Part shown: piece by piece, positions 57,196-64,000 of the stretch
How the letters are laid out: every line of letters starts with the position of its first letter
How positions within the stretch are numbered: position 1 is the stretch's first letter
From: an uncultured Actinomycetes bacterium
GTDB lineage: Bacteria; Actinomycetota; UBA4738; HRBIN12
Direction of reading: 5' to 3'
Assembly (NCBI GenBank): GCA_963797635.1
Contig: CAWCPZ010000010.1
Coordinates: 204,909-268,908 of the forward strand
DNA: 64,000 bases
Position numbers and translations under genes: made by a program
The notes under the pieces: model-generated
The model's input: the letters and a program-made list of their open reading frames with translations, nothing else
What the model was told of the DNA's origin: nothing
Database searches by the model: none

Positions 57196-58446
57196 ATGGG
57201 CGGTGAGGGAACCTACTCCAACGCGGGGCGGACGTTCTCGGCGGCGGACCTGGTCGATGAGACCGGGGTCACGTTCGCCGAGATCAAGTGGCTGACGATG
57301 ATCGGTGTGCTGCACCCGTCATCGCCGGACCGGTTCGGCCCCGGTGACGTCTTCCGCGTGAAGATGATCGCCGCGATCCTCGACGCCGGCTTCACGACCG
57401 AGCAGGTCAGCGGCGTGGTCGCGGAGGGCAAGCTCAACCTCGATCACGTCGACAACTACGTCGTGGTCGATCCGTCGCCGCGGTCCGACCGAACCTTCGA
57501 GACGTTCGCCGCGAGTCTCGGCGAGGGCCCTGCAGCGGCGATCCCCGGCCTCTATCGGATGCTGGGACTTCCGGAACCCGATCCCGCGGCGCCGATCGAC
57601 CGCAACGAGGAGATGATGTGGCGAGCGTTCTTCGACGGGTGGGCTCTGGCGCCGGACGACGACACGATGTTCCGAGCGGCCCGCCTGATCGGAGACGGAA
57701 CCCGCGACGGCGCGTTGGGGTGGGGCAAGCTCTTGGAGGAGCAGATCGCCGGCCCGGCCCGCGACCGGTTCTTCCGAGGCGAGGTCGATCGCTATCCCCT
57801 CGAGGTGGTCGACGCCGTCGGGAAGGTGATCCGGCTCGTGCCGGTGATGATGCGCTGGCTGGTGCAGCGCTACATCGAGCAGCAGGTGGTCGGCGGCATC
57901 GTCGACGGCTTCGAGTCGCTCCTGGCGGCGAGCGGCATGGCGCCGTCTCCGGAAGCTCCGCCACCACCGGCCGTGGTGTTCGTCGACATCGCCGGCTACA
58001 CGCAGCTCACCGAGGAGCAGGGCGACGAGCTCGCGGTCCGGCTCGCAGCCTCACTGCAATCGCGTGCCGAGACCGTGGCCGCCGCGCACGACGGGCGGCT
58101 GATCAAACTGATCGGCGACGGCGCGATGCTGCGCTTCGACGATGCACAGAGCGGGGTGTCCGCGGCGTTGGAGTTGGTCGAGACCTTGGATGACGACCCC
58201 GGCATCGGCGCGCACGCAGGCGTCCACGCGGGACCCGTCGTGGAGCGCGATCGCGATCTGTTCGGTCGCACGGTGAACCTCGCCTCCCGCATCGCCGACG
58301 TCGCGTCTCCCGGCGAGGTCGTCGTGAGCGAAGACGTCGCCGTCACGGTGCAAGACGACCCGGCGTTCGACCTCGAGCCGATCCAGGCCGTGTCGCTGAA
58401 GGGCGTCGCCGAACCGTTGCCGTTGTTCCTCGCGACCGCTGGCTGA
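57196..58446 (+). CDS. class III adenylate/guanylate cyclase domain protein with a MerR-like HTH N-terminus
   Basis: The N-terminus (FSAADLVDETGVTFAEIKWLTMIGVL) resembles a MerR HTH. The C-terminal CHD carries VVFVDIAGYTQL...LIKLIGDGAM...AGVHAGPVVERD...GRTVNLASRI. Confidence 0.7.
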   Translation: MGGEGTYSNAGRTFSAADLVDETGVTFAEIKWLTMIGVLHPSSPDRFGPGDVFRVKMIAAILDAGFTTEQVSGVVAEGKLNLDHVDNYVVVDPSPRSDRTFETFAASLGEGPAAAIPGLYRMLGLPEPDPAAPIDRNEEMMWRAFFDGWALAPDDDTMFRAARLIGDGTRDGALGWGKLLEEQIAGPARDRFFRGEVDRYPLEVVDAVGKVIRLVPVMMRWLVQRYIEQQVVGGIVDGFESLLAASGMAPSPEAPPPPAVVFVDIAGYTQLTEEQGDELAVRLAASLQSRAETVAAAHDGRLIKLIGDGAMLRFDDAQSGVSAALELVETLDDDPGIGAHAGVHAGPVVERDRDLFGRTVNLASRIADVASPGEVVVSEDVAVTVQDDPAFDLEPIQAVSLKGVAEPLPLFLATAG

Positions 58447-58485
58447 ACCGTAGAGTGGCACGTCCGACCCAAGGGGGACGCTGCG

Positions 58486-59295
58486 ATGACGACGCCAGTG
58501 ACGACGGGCACCGTGCCGGTGAACGGGCTCGAGATGTACTACGAGATCTACGGCGAGGGCCAGCCGTTGGTGCTGCTGCACGGCGCCTTCTCGGCGATCG
58601 ACTCGTCGTTCGGCGCGCTGATCCCGGGCCTGGCCGAAGGTCGCAAGGTCATCGGGTTCGAGTTGCAGGCCCACGGGCGCACGGCCGACATCGACCGTCC
58701 GCTGAGCAACGAGGCCATGGCCGACGACGTCGCCGCCGCGATCGAGCAGATGGAGCTCGGGCCGGTCGACCTCTACGGCTACAGCATGGGGGCGTTCGTG
58801 GCGCTGCTGGTCACGCTCCGTCACCCCCAGCTGGTGCGCAAGCTCGTGTTCATGTCGGCGACCTACACCATGAGCGGTGTCCATCCCGGTCTGATGGAAG
58901 GCCTGGGCGAGATGACGCCCGAGATGATGTACGGCTCGGAGTGGCACGAGGAGTACATGCGGATCGCGCCGCGCCCCGAGGACTTCGAGACGCTGTTCGC
59001 GAAGAAGACCGCGATGGATCAGGGCTACCAGGACCAGCGGGACGAGGACATCGCGGCGATCGAGGCCCCGACGCTCGTGATCATCGGCGACTCCGACCTG
59101 GTGCGTCCCGAACACGCGGTGGAGATGTTCCGCCTGCTCGGGGGCGGGGTGTTCGGCGACATGCCGCCCGGCATGCCGGTATCGCAACTCGCGGTGATAC
59201 CGGGGGCGTCGCACGTCTCCATCCGGTTACGCGCCGATCTCCTGGTGCCCATCGTCACGACGTTCCTCGATGCCCCGATGCCGGAGCGCGACTGA
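58486..59295 (+). CDS. alpha/beta hydrolase
   Basis: Contains HGAFSA and the nucleophile elbow GYSMGA. 269 aa. Confidence 0.8.
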   Translation: MTTPVTTGTVPVNGLEMYYEIYGEGQPLVLLHGAFSAIDSSFGALIPGLAEGRKVIGFELQAHGRTADIDRPLSNEAMADDVAAAIEQMELGPVDLYGYSMGAFVALLVTLRHPQLVRKLVFMSATYTMSGVHPGLMEGLGEMTPEMMYGSEWHEEYMRIAPRPEDFETLFAKKTAMDQGYQDQRDEDIAAIEAPTLVIIGDSDLVRPEHAVEMFRLLGGGVFGDMPPGMPVSQLAVIPGASHVSIRLRADLLVPIVTTFLDAPMPERD

Positions 59296-59310
59296 CGGCG
59301 TGGCTCAGGC

Positions 59311-59748
59311 TCAGGCGACCGGTTCGAGGACGAAGACCGGGATCTGCCGGTCGGTCTTCTTCTGGTAGTTCGCGTAGTCGGGCCAGGCTTCGACGGCGCG
59401 ATCCCACCACAGCGTCTTCTCGTCGCCGGTGACCTCGCGCGCGGTGTAGTCGCGTTTCGTCGCGAGATCCTGCAGCTCGACGTGCGGGTTCGCCTTGAGG
59501 TTGAAGTACCAGACCGGGTGCTCGGGGGCGCCACCGAGCGACGCGACCACCGCGTAGGTGCCGTCGTGTTCGACGCGCATCAGCGGGGTCTTGCGGATCT
59601 TGCCGCTCTTCGCGCCGACGGACGTCAGCACGATCACGGGGCGACCCTTCATGTCGCCGCCCTTCTCGCCGTTCGTGGCTTCGTAGCGCTCGACCTGCTT
59701 CCGCGCGTATCGGGCTTTGCTGGGTTCGTACTCGCCGGTCAGGGGCAT
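59311..59748 (-). CDS. nitroreductase-family deazaflavin (F420H2)-dependent oxidoreductase (Ddn-like)
   Basis: Start at ATG 59748 ([88 protein letters not shown]...), which is the canonical Ddn-family sequence. Confidence 0.75.
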   Translation of the reverse strand: MPLTGEYEPSKARYARKQVERYEATNGEKGGDMKGRPVIVLTSVGAKSGKIRKTPLMRVEHDGTYAVVASLGGAPEHPVWYFNLKANPHVELQDLATKRDYTAREVTGDEKTLWWDRAVEAWPDYANYQKKTDRQIPVFVLEPVA

Positions 59749-59794
59749 GTCGCGGACCTCCTTGTCCTCAAGAGCAGGATAGGGCCGTCGAAGG

Positions 59795-60676
59795 TCAGCG
59801 CCCGGGCTGCACGAGACGAGCGAGGACGTCGGGCCAGTGGCCATCGACGACGTCGATGTGCTCCGCGCCGGGGAGGACGATCAGTTGCGAGCCGGCGATC
59901 CGGTCGGCGTACCAACGCCCGTGGGAAAGCGGGCAGCGCTCGTCGTTCTCGCCGTACCACAGCATGGTCGGGGCAACGACGTCGCCGAGGTCGATGTCCC
60001 AGGCGCCGCCCCATGCGAGGTTGTCCATCACCCCGCCGTCGACGTTCGCCAGCACGAGCCGCATGTTCTCGCGCCAGAGTGCGCGGTAGCGATCATCGCC
60101 GACGAACGGGGCCGTCTCGCCGGCGATGATGTCGTCGACGGCGTCATCGAGCGTGGCGAAGCGGCCGAACTCCTCCTCCCACTGGCCTCGGGATCCTTCC
60201 CACGCGCCGTCGAGATCTCCCGCATCCAGGAGTGCCAGCATCGCTCGTTCCTCGGGGAGGGACGACGGCTCGTCGAGCAGGCGCCAGGGGCCGACGCCTC
60301 CCACCACACCGAGGGCTCGCACGCCGTCGGGATCGGCGATCGCGGTGGCCACGGCGAACGGTCCGCCACCGGAACATCCGACGACGGCGTAGTCGTCGAG
60401 GCCGAGATGATTCGCGAGGGCGGCCGTATCTCGTCCCACCGCCAACAGGCTCGCCGTGCGCAGCGTGGTCGAGCCGCCGTAGCCGGGACGACTCACCGAC
60501 ACCAGCCGCACGCCGGCCTCGACGGCAGCTTCGTGACCCCACCGCCCCATCACGCGCGTCGACGGGGTGCCCGGGTGGTAGACGACGCCCACGCCGTCAG
60601 CGTCGCCGCCCTCCCAGTACTCGATGATCCTGCCGTCCGGGAGGACGTGGCTCCCATCATGCCCGGGTGTTGCCAC
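59795..60676 (-). CDS. alpha/beta hydrolase
   Basis: Nucleophile elbow GCSGGG. 293 aa. Confidence 0.75.
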   Translation of the reverse strand: MATPGHDGSHVLPDGRIIEYWEGGDADGVGVVYHPGTPSTRVMGRWGHEAAVEAGVRLVSVSRPGYGGSTTLRTASLLAVGRDTAALANHLGLDDYAVVGCSGGGPFAVATAIADPDGVRALGVVGGVGPWRLLDEPSSLPEERAMLALLDAGDLDGAWEGSRGQWEEEFGRFATLDDAVDDIIAGETAPFVGDDRYRALWRENMRLVLANVDGGVMDNLAWGGAWDIDLGDVVAPTMLWYGENDERCPLSHGRWYADRIAGSQLIVLPGAEHIDVVDGHWPDVLARLVQPGR

Positions 60677-60699
60677 GAGCCGATGCTACGCCGGGACCG

Positions 60700-61380
60700 T
60701 CAGGCCGATCGATCCTTCGCACGCTCCAGACCGTCGAGCATCAGGTCCAGGGCGAACTCGAATTCGAACTGGTCGTCGCAACCCGGGCCGACGACGGACT
60801 GGCCGTCGTGGGAGACGGTGAGGAACAGCTCGTAGATCGAGGGGTAGACGTCGGCCATCTGTCCCCACATCTCCGCCTCGGCCGCCGGGTCGGTGTCGGC
60901 GCTGTCGTTGAACAGCTCCTGCGAGAAGCCCATCAGGCGACTGCCCATCGCGTGCACGGCGTGGTGCGTCAGGTCCATCGAGAAGCCGCCGGTGCGGAAC
61001 ATGCCGATCATCGAATCCATGTAGGCGAGCACCGTGGGGGTCGGCTCGGTGCGCGACTCCATCACGCGCGACGCCCACGGGTGGCGGAGCAGCGCGCGGC
61101 GCGCCGACAGGATCCGCTCTCGGATCGCCGCCTTCCACCCCAGCTCGGTGGCGGGCGGATCGATCTGGGCGATCACGACGTCGATCATGCCGCCGAGCAG
61201 TTCGTCCTTGCCGGCGACGTGCTTGTAGAGCGCCATGGGCACGACGCCCAGCTCCTGCGCGATCTTCCGCATGCTGACGCCCTCGACCCCGTCCCGGTCC
61301 GCCAGGGCTACGGCGGTCTGCAGGACGCGCTCCCGGCTCAGGGGAAGTCGGGGAGCAGCTTCATCGATCTGCGTCGCCAT
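60700..61380 (-). CDS. TetR/AcrR family transcriptional regulator
   Basis: N-terminal HTH (VSMRKIAQELGVVPMALYKHVAGKDELL). 226 aa. Confidence 0.85.
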   Translation of the reverse strand: MATQIDEAAPRLPLSRERVLQTAVALADRDGVEGVSMRKIAQELGVVPMALYKHVAGKDELLGGMIDVVIAQIDPPATELGWKAAIRERILSARRALLRHPWASRVMESRTEPTPTVLAYMDSMIGMFRTGGFSMDLTHHAVHAMGSRLMGFSQELFNDSADTDPAAEAEMWGQMADVYPSIYELFLTVSHDGQSVVGPGCDDQFEFEFALDLMLDGLERAKDRSA

Positions 61381-61426
61381 GCGGCCAACCTTCTCTCATC
61401 GGGCGCCACCACGCCCAGGACTTGAC

Positions 61427-61479
61427 AGGTGTACGCCGTACACCTATGGTACGCCCATCGAGTGTACGGCGTACACCAC
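61427..61479. promoter_or_regulatory. pair of near-perfect palindromes (GGTGTACGCCGTACACC ... GTGTACGGCGTACACC), candidate TetR operators
   Basis: Two 16-17-bp self-complementary sites lie about 20 bp apart in the 130-bp TetR / MDR-dehydrogenase intergenic region. Confidence 0.5.
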
Positions 61480-61509
61480 CAAGAACACCAAGAACCCGGA
61501 GGAGATCTC

Positions 61510-62490
61510 ATGAAGGCGATCGTGCAGGATCGATACGGCACCCCCGACGTCCTGGAGTTCAGCGACATCGACGAGCCGGTGGTCGGCGAGGACGACGTCC
61601 TGGTCCGGGTCCGCGCCGCGGGATGTGGTCCGGACGTGTGGCACTTCATGACCGGACTGCCGTACCTCGCGCGACCGATGATCGGGTTCCGTGGGCCGAA
61701 GGTGCGCGTCCGCGGGTGGGATCTCGCCGGCACCGTCGAGGCGGTCGGCCCCAACGTCACGCGCTTCAAAGCCGGTGACGACGTCATGGGCACGTGCGAA
61801 ACGGGCTCCTTCGCCGAGGTCGCGGTCACGCCGCAGGACAAGCTGGTGCCGAAGCCGGCCAAGCTCACGTTCGAGCAGGCAGCGGCCATGCCGGTCTCCG
61901 GCTGCACCGCGTTCCAGGCCGTCAGCGACGTCGCCAAGGTGCGCGCAGGACAGAAGGTGCTGGTGATCGGCGCCTCGGGCGGCGTCGGCAACCTCGCCGT
62001 GCAGATCGCGAAGGCGCTCGGCGCCGAGGTCACGGGTGTGTGCAGCACCGCGAAGGCCGACCTGGTCCGATCGATCGGCGCCGACGACGTGATCGACTAC
62101 ACGCAGGAGGACTTCGCGGACGGGCGCAGGCGATGGGATGTGATCGTCGACACCGCCGGACGTCGCCCGCTGTCGAAGCTGCGGCGCGCGCTGGACTCGA
62201 AGGGGACCCTGGTGATCGTCGGTGGCGACGGGGGTGGCCGCTGGACCGGCGGGTTCTTCCGCGGCGTGCTCCGAGCGCCGCTGGTCTCGATGTTCGTCGG
62301 TCAGCGACTGCACGGGCTCTCCGTGAAGGAGGACCAGCCGACCCTCCTGGCACTGTCGAAGCTGATCGAGGCCGGCGACGTCACGCCGGTGATCGACCGC
62401 ACGTTCCCGTTGATCGAGGCGCCCGAGGCGATCCGCTACCTCGAGCAGGGCCATCCGGCCGGCAAGGTCGTCGTCACCGTCACGGCCTGA
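61510..62490 (+). CDS. NAD(P)-dependent zinc-type alcohol dehydrogenase / quinone oxidoreductase (MDR family)
   Basis: Start at ATG 61510 (MKAIVQDRYG...). GroES-like N-domain, Rossmann motif VLVIGASGGVGNLAVQIAK, and C-terminal GHPAGKVVV. Confidence 0.85.
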   Translation: MKAIVQDRYGTPDVLEFSDIDEPVVGEDDVLVRVRAAGCGPDVWHFMTGLPYLARPMIGFRGPKVRVRGWDLAGTVEAVGPNVTRFKAGDDVMGTCETGSFAEVAVTPQDKLVPKPAKLTFEQAAAMPVSGCTAFQAVSDVAKVRAGQKVLVIGASGGVGNLAVQIAKALGAEVTGVCSTAKADLVRSIGADDVIDYTQEDFADGRRRWDVIVDTAGRRPLSKLRRALDSKGTLVIVGGDGGGRWTGGFFRGVLRAPLVSMFVGQRLHGLSVKEDQPTLLALSKLIEAGDVTPVIDRTFPLIEAPEAIRYLEQGHPAGKVVVTVTA

Positions 62491-62496
62491 CCTGGC

Positions 62497-62970
62497 TCAG
62501 GGCATCGGCACCGGGATGCGGACGTCGGTCTCGCCGAGGATCCAGTGCTGCGTCGCGATCGCCTCGTACATGCGGAACTGGCGCGGCTCGGTGACGTCAT
62601 CGCGGCCCCAGGCCGAGAGCCCGTGTTCGACCGATGTCCGCGAGAAGATCTCGATGGCGTCGGCGAGTTCGTCGGCGGAGACCTGGTGCGCGACGGCCTC
62701 GAGGTAGACCGCTTGGCGCTCGGCCGGAGTGGTGCGCGAGTCGTAGATCACGATCGCGATCTCGGGCCGAGTCTCGATGTTGCGGGAATGGCGCGTCTCC
62801 GGCGACGAGACCCACAGGAACCGTCGGTGGTCGTCGGTCGCGAACCACACCGGGTTCGCCCACGGCGTGCCGTGCGCGTCGGCCGTCGCCATGGTCATGA
62901 ACCGGTTCGCGTCGATCACCGCGGTGACGACGGACCAGTGGTCGTTGGGGTCGCTCGTCGACATGCTCAT
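62497..62970 (-). CDS. pyridoxamine 5'-phosphate oxidase family (FMN-binding split barrel) protein
   Basis: Start at ATG 62970 (MSMSTSDPNDHWSVVTAVIDANRFMTMATADAHGTPWANPVWFATDD...). Confidence 0.65.
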   Translation of the reverse strand: MSMSTSDPNDHWSVVTAVIDANRFMTMATADAHGTPWANPVWFATDDHRRFLWVSSPETRHSRNIETRPEIAIVIYDSRTTPAERQAVYLEAVAHQVSADELADAIEIFSRTSVEHGLSAWGRDDVTEPRQFRMYEAIATQHWILGETDVRIPVPMP

Positions 62971-63303
62971 CCTTTCGCGGGCAGCGTGCCGGCGTAGCCC
63001 ACGCCGACACGAACCCACCGCTCGAGTTGGCGCTTGGTGCGGACGGCATCGTCGTCGACTCGCAGCCAGCCCTGCATCTGCCGTCCGCGCATCTCCATCG
63101 GTTGGACGCCCTTCGAGGCGAGCAAGGTCTCGGAGGTCTCGGGATCGGCACGCACCAGCAGGCCGCCCTGGCCGCTGGCGGCCACGGCCATGTTCCCGCC
63201 GATCAGGAACGCGAGGCCGCCGAACATCTTCTTCTCGGTCAGGTCGGCTTCGCCCTCGATCAGCGCTCCGGATCCTGGCGGCGAGGTGCTCGTCGTAGGC
63301 CAC
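62967..63303 (-). CDS. TfoX/Sxy N-terminal domain-containing protein; frameshifted near 63255
   Basis: The N-terminus MAYDEHLAARIRS (frame of track ORF 62497..63303) joins to ...EADLTEKKMFGGLAFLIGGNMAVAASGQGGLLVRADPETSETLL...MEMRGRQMQGWLRV (track ORF 62967..63227). Its stop overlaps the downstream start (ATGA). Confidence 0.6.
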
Positions 63304-63366
63304 GGCTCGATGCTACGACGGTGCTCGACCGTGTGTGTTCGCGACCGGATCGGGCCTCATCGTCGA

Positions 63367-63857
63367 TCAGTGATCGCTGGGTTCCGCCTGTTCCTCGGCG
63401 AAGTCGAACAGGTCGAGTTCGCCGGGCGACCGTCCCTCGGCGGTGAGCAGCGCTGCCGCTTCCGCGCGGTGCTGCGTCCCGTGGTTCACGACGTGCACCA
63501 GCATCTGCCACACGGGCACGCCTTCGTGGATGTGATCGACGAAGCCGTCGGTCACGGTCGGCAACCAGGCATCGACCGCCGACCATTCGGTGTCCCAGCG
63601 ATCGCGCAGGACGTCGACCGGCAGCAGGGGTTCGAGTTCCGGTTCGGGCCGCTCGCCGAATTGGCCGAATCCTGGAAGGCGTGGCGCCATCGCTGGGAGG
63701 CGCCGAGGTGATGGACGAGGATCGCGCCCAGCCCCCACTCGCCCACGACGTCCGTCCGCGCCCACACGGCAGGGTCCACTCCGTCGAGAACGTCCAGCAC
63801 CCGGAGCGTGGCCCATCGGTCGTAGGCGAACAGGAAACGGATCTCGTCGGCGTGCAT
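63367..63857 (-). CDS. DinB-family (DinB_2/DUF664-like) protein; frameshifted near 63665
   Basis: The N-terminus MHADEIRFLFAYDRWATLRVLDVLDGVDPAVWART...ILVHHLGASQRWRHAFQD continues in the adjacent frame as GQFGERPEPE...WQMLVHVVNHGTQHRAEAAALL.... Confidence 0.6.
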
Positions 63858-63960
63858 CGGCTACCACGGTAGTGCAGCGCGCATCAGATCGGTGGCGTCG
63901 ACGAGTGCGATGGCTCAGATTGGCATTGACATGGTGCCAAAGTGATGCCATAGTGCTGCC

Positions 63961-64000
63961 ATGGAACTTGACCCGTACATCGAATCGATCCACGAACAAC
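63961..64000 (+). CDS. start of an unidentified gene (MELDPYIESIHEQ...), truncated by the window end
   Basis: ATG at 63961, preceded by TTGACA (63927)-17 bp-CATAGT. Only 13 codons are visible. Confidence 0.25.
   Translation, partial: MELDPYIESIHEQ

Noticed and set aside
63927-63960. TTGACA-17 bp-CATAGT promoter-like element before the terminal partial ORF
   Set aside because: The -35 is perfect but the -10 is weak, and only 13 codons of the downstream gene are visible. Evidence is too thin to call it a promoter.
1-64000. CRISPR arrays, rRNA, tRNA and mobile elements
   Set aside because: I scanned by eye. No short regularly spaced direct repeats turned up. No transposase, integrase or recombinase-like ORFs appeared. 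I saw no tRNA-like cloverleaf candidates (T-loop GTTCGAATC-type motifs) and no rRNA-like stretches. The only repeat is the 51.1-51.4 kb tandem duplication inside a gene.

Overview
This is a high-GC (~70%) actinobacterial chromosomal segment carrying about 85 protein-coding genes. I found no rRNA, tRNA, CRISPR array, transposase or integrase. The left end carries a minus-strand ECF-type transporter operon (EcfA–EcfT plus two secreted proteins) with a cobalamin riboswitch in its leader. The rest is an accessory-looking region rich in small stress/detox paralog families, plus signalling and regulatory genes (sensor kinases and response regulators, two ABC efflux modules, two class III nucleotidyl cyclases, a PAS-GGDEF-EAL protein). 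Regulators include a soxR gene divergent from a split transketolase (a textbook SoxR box lies between them), TetR, GntR and LuxR/OmpR. The paralog families include three ArsR–AHSA1/SRPBCC regulator pairs, about seven VOC/glyoxalase proteins, three RibD-C/DHFR-family reductases, several GNAT proteins and several alpha/beta hydrolases. Five things stand out: (i) the riboswitch-controlled ECF module has no recognisable S-component but two secreted or anchored proteins instead; (ii) a LigC-type ATP-dependent DNA ligase homolog has all its catalytic lysines replaced; (iii) the SoxR operator sits on the transketolase promoter; (iv) a DHFR-family gene is interrupted by a degenerate ~170-bp tandem copy of its own 3' end; (v) at least 12 genes carry single-base frameshifts, mostly an extra C/G in short homopolymers, which points to sequencing or assembly indels rather than gene decay. 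All coordinates and products come from reading the sequence and six-frame track by eye. No database search was run.
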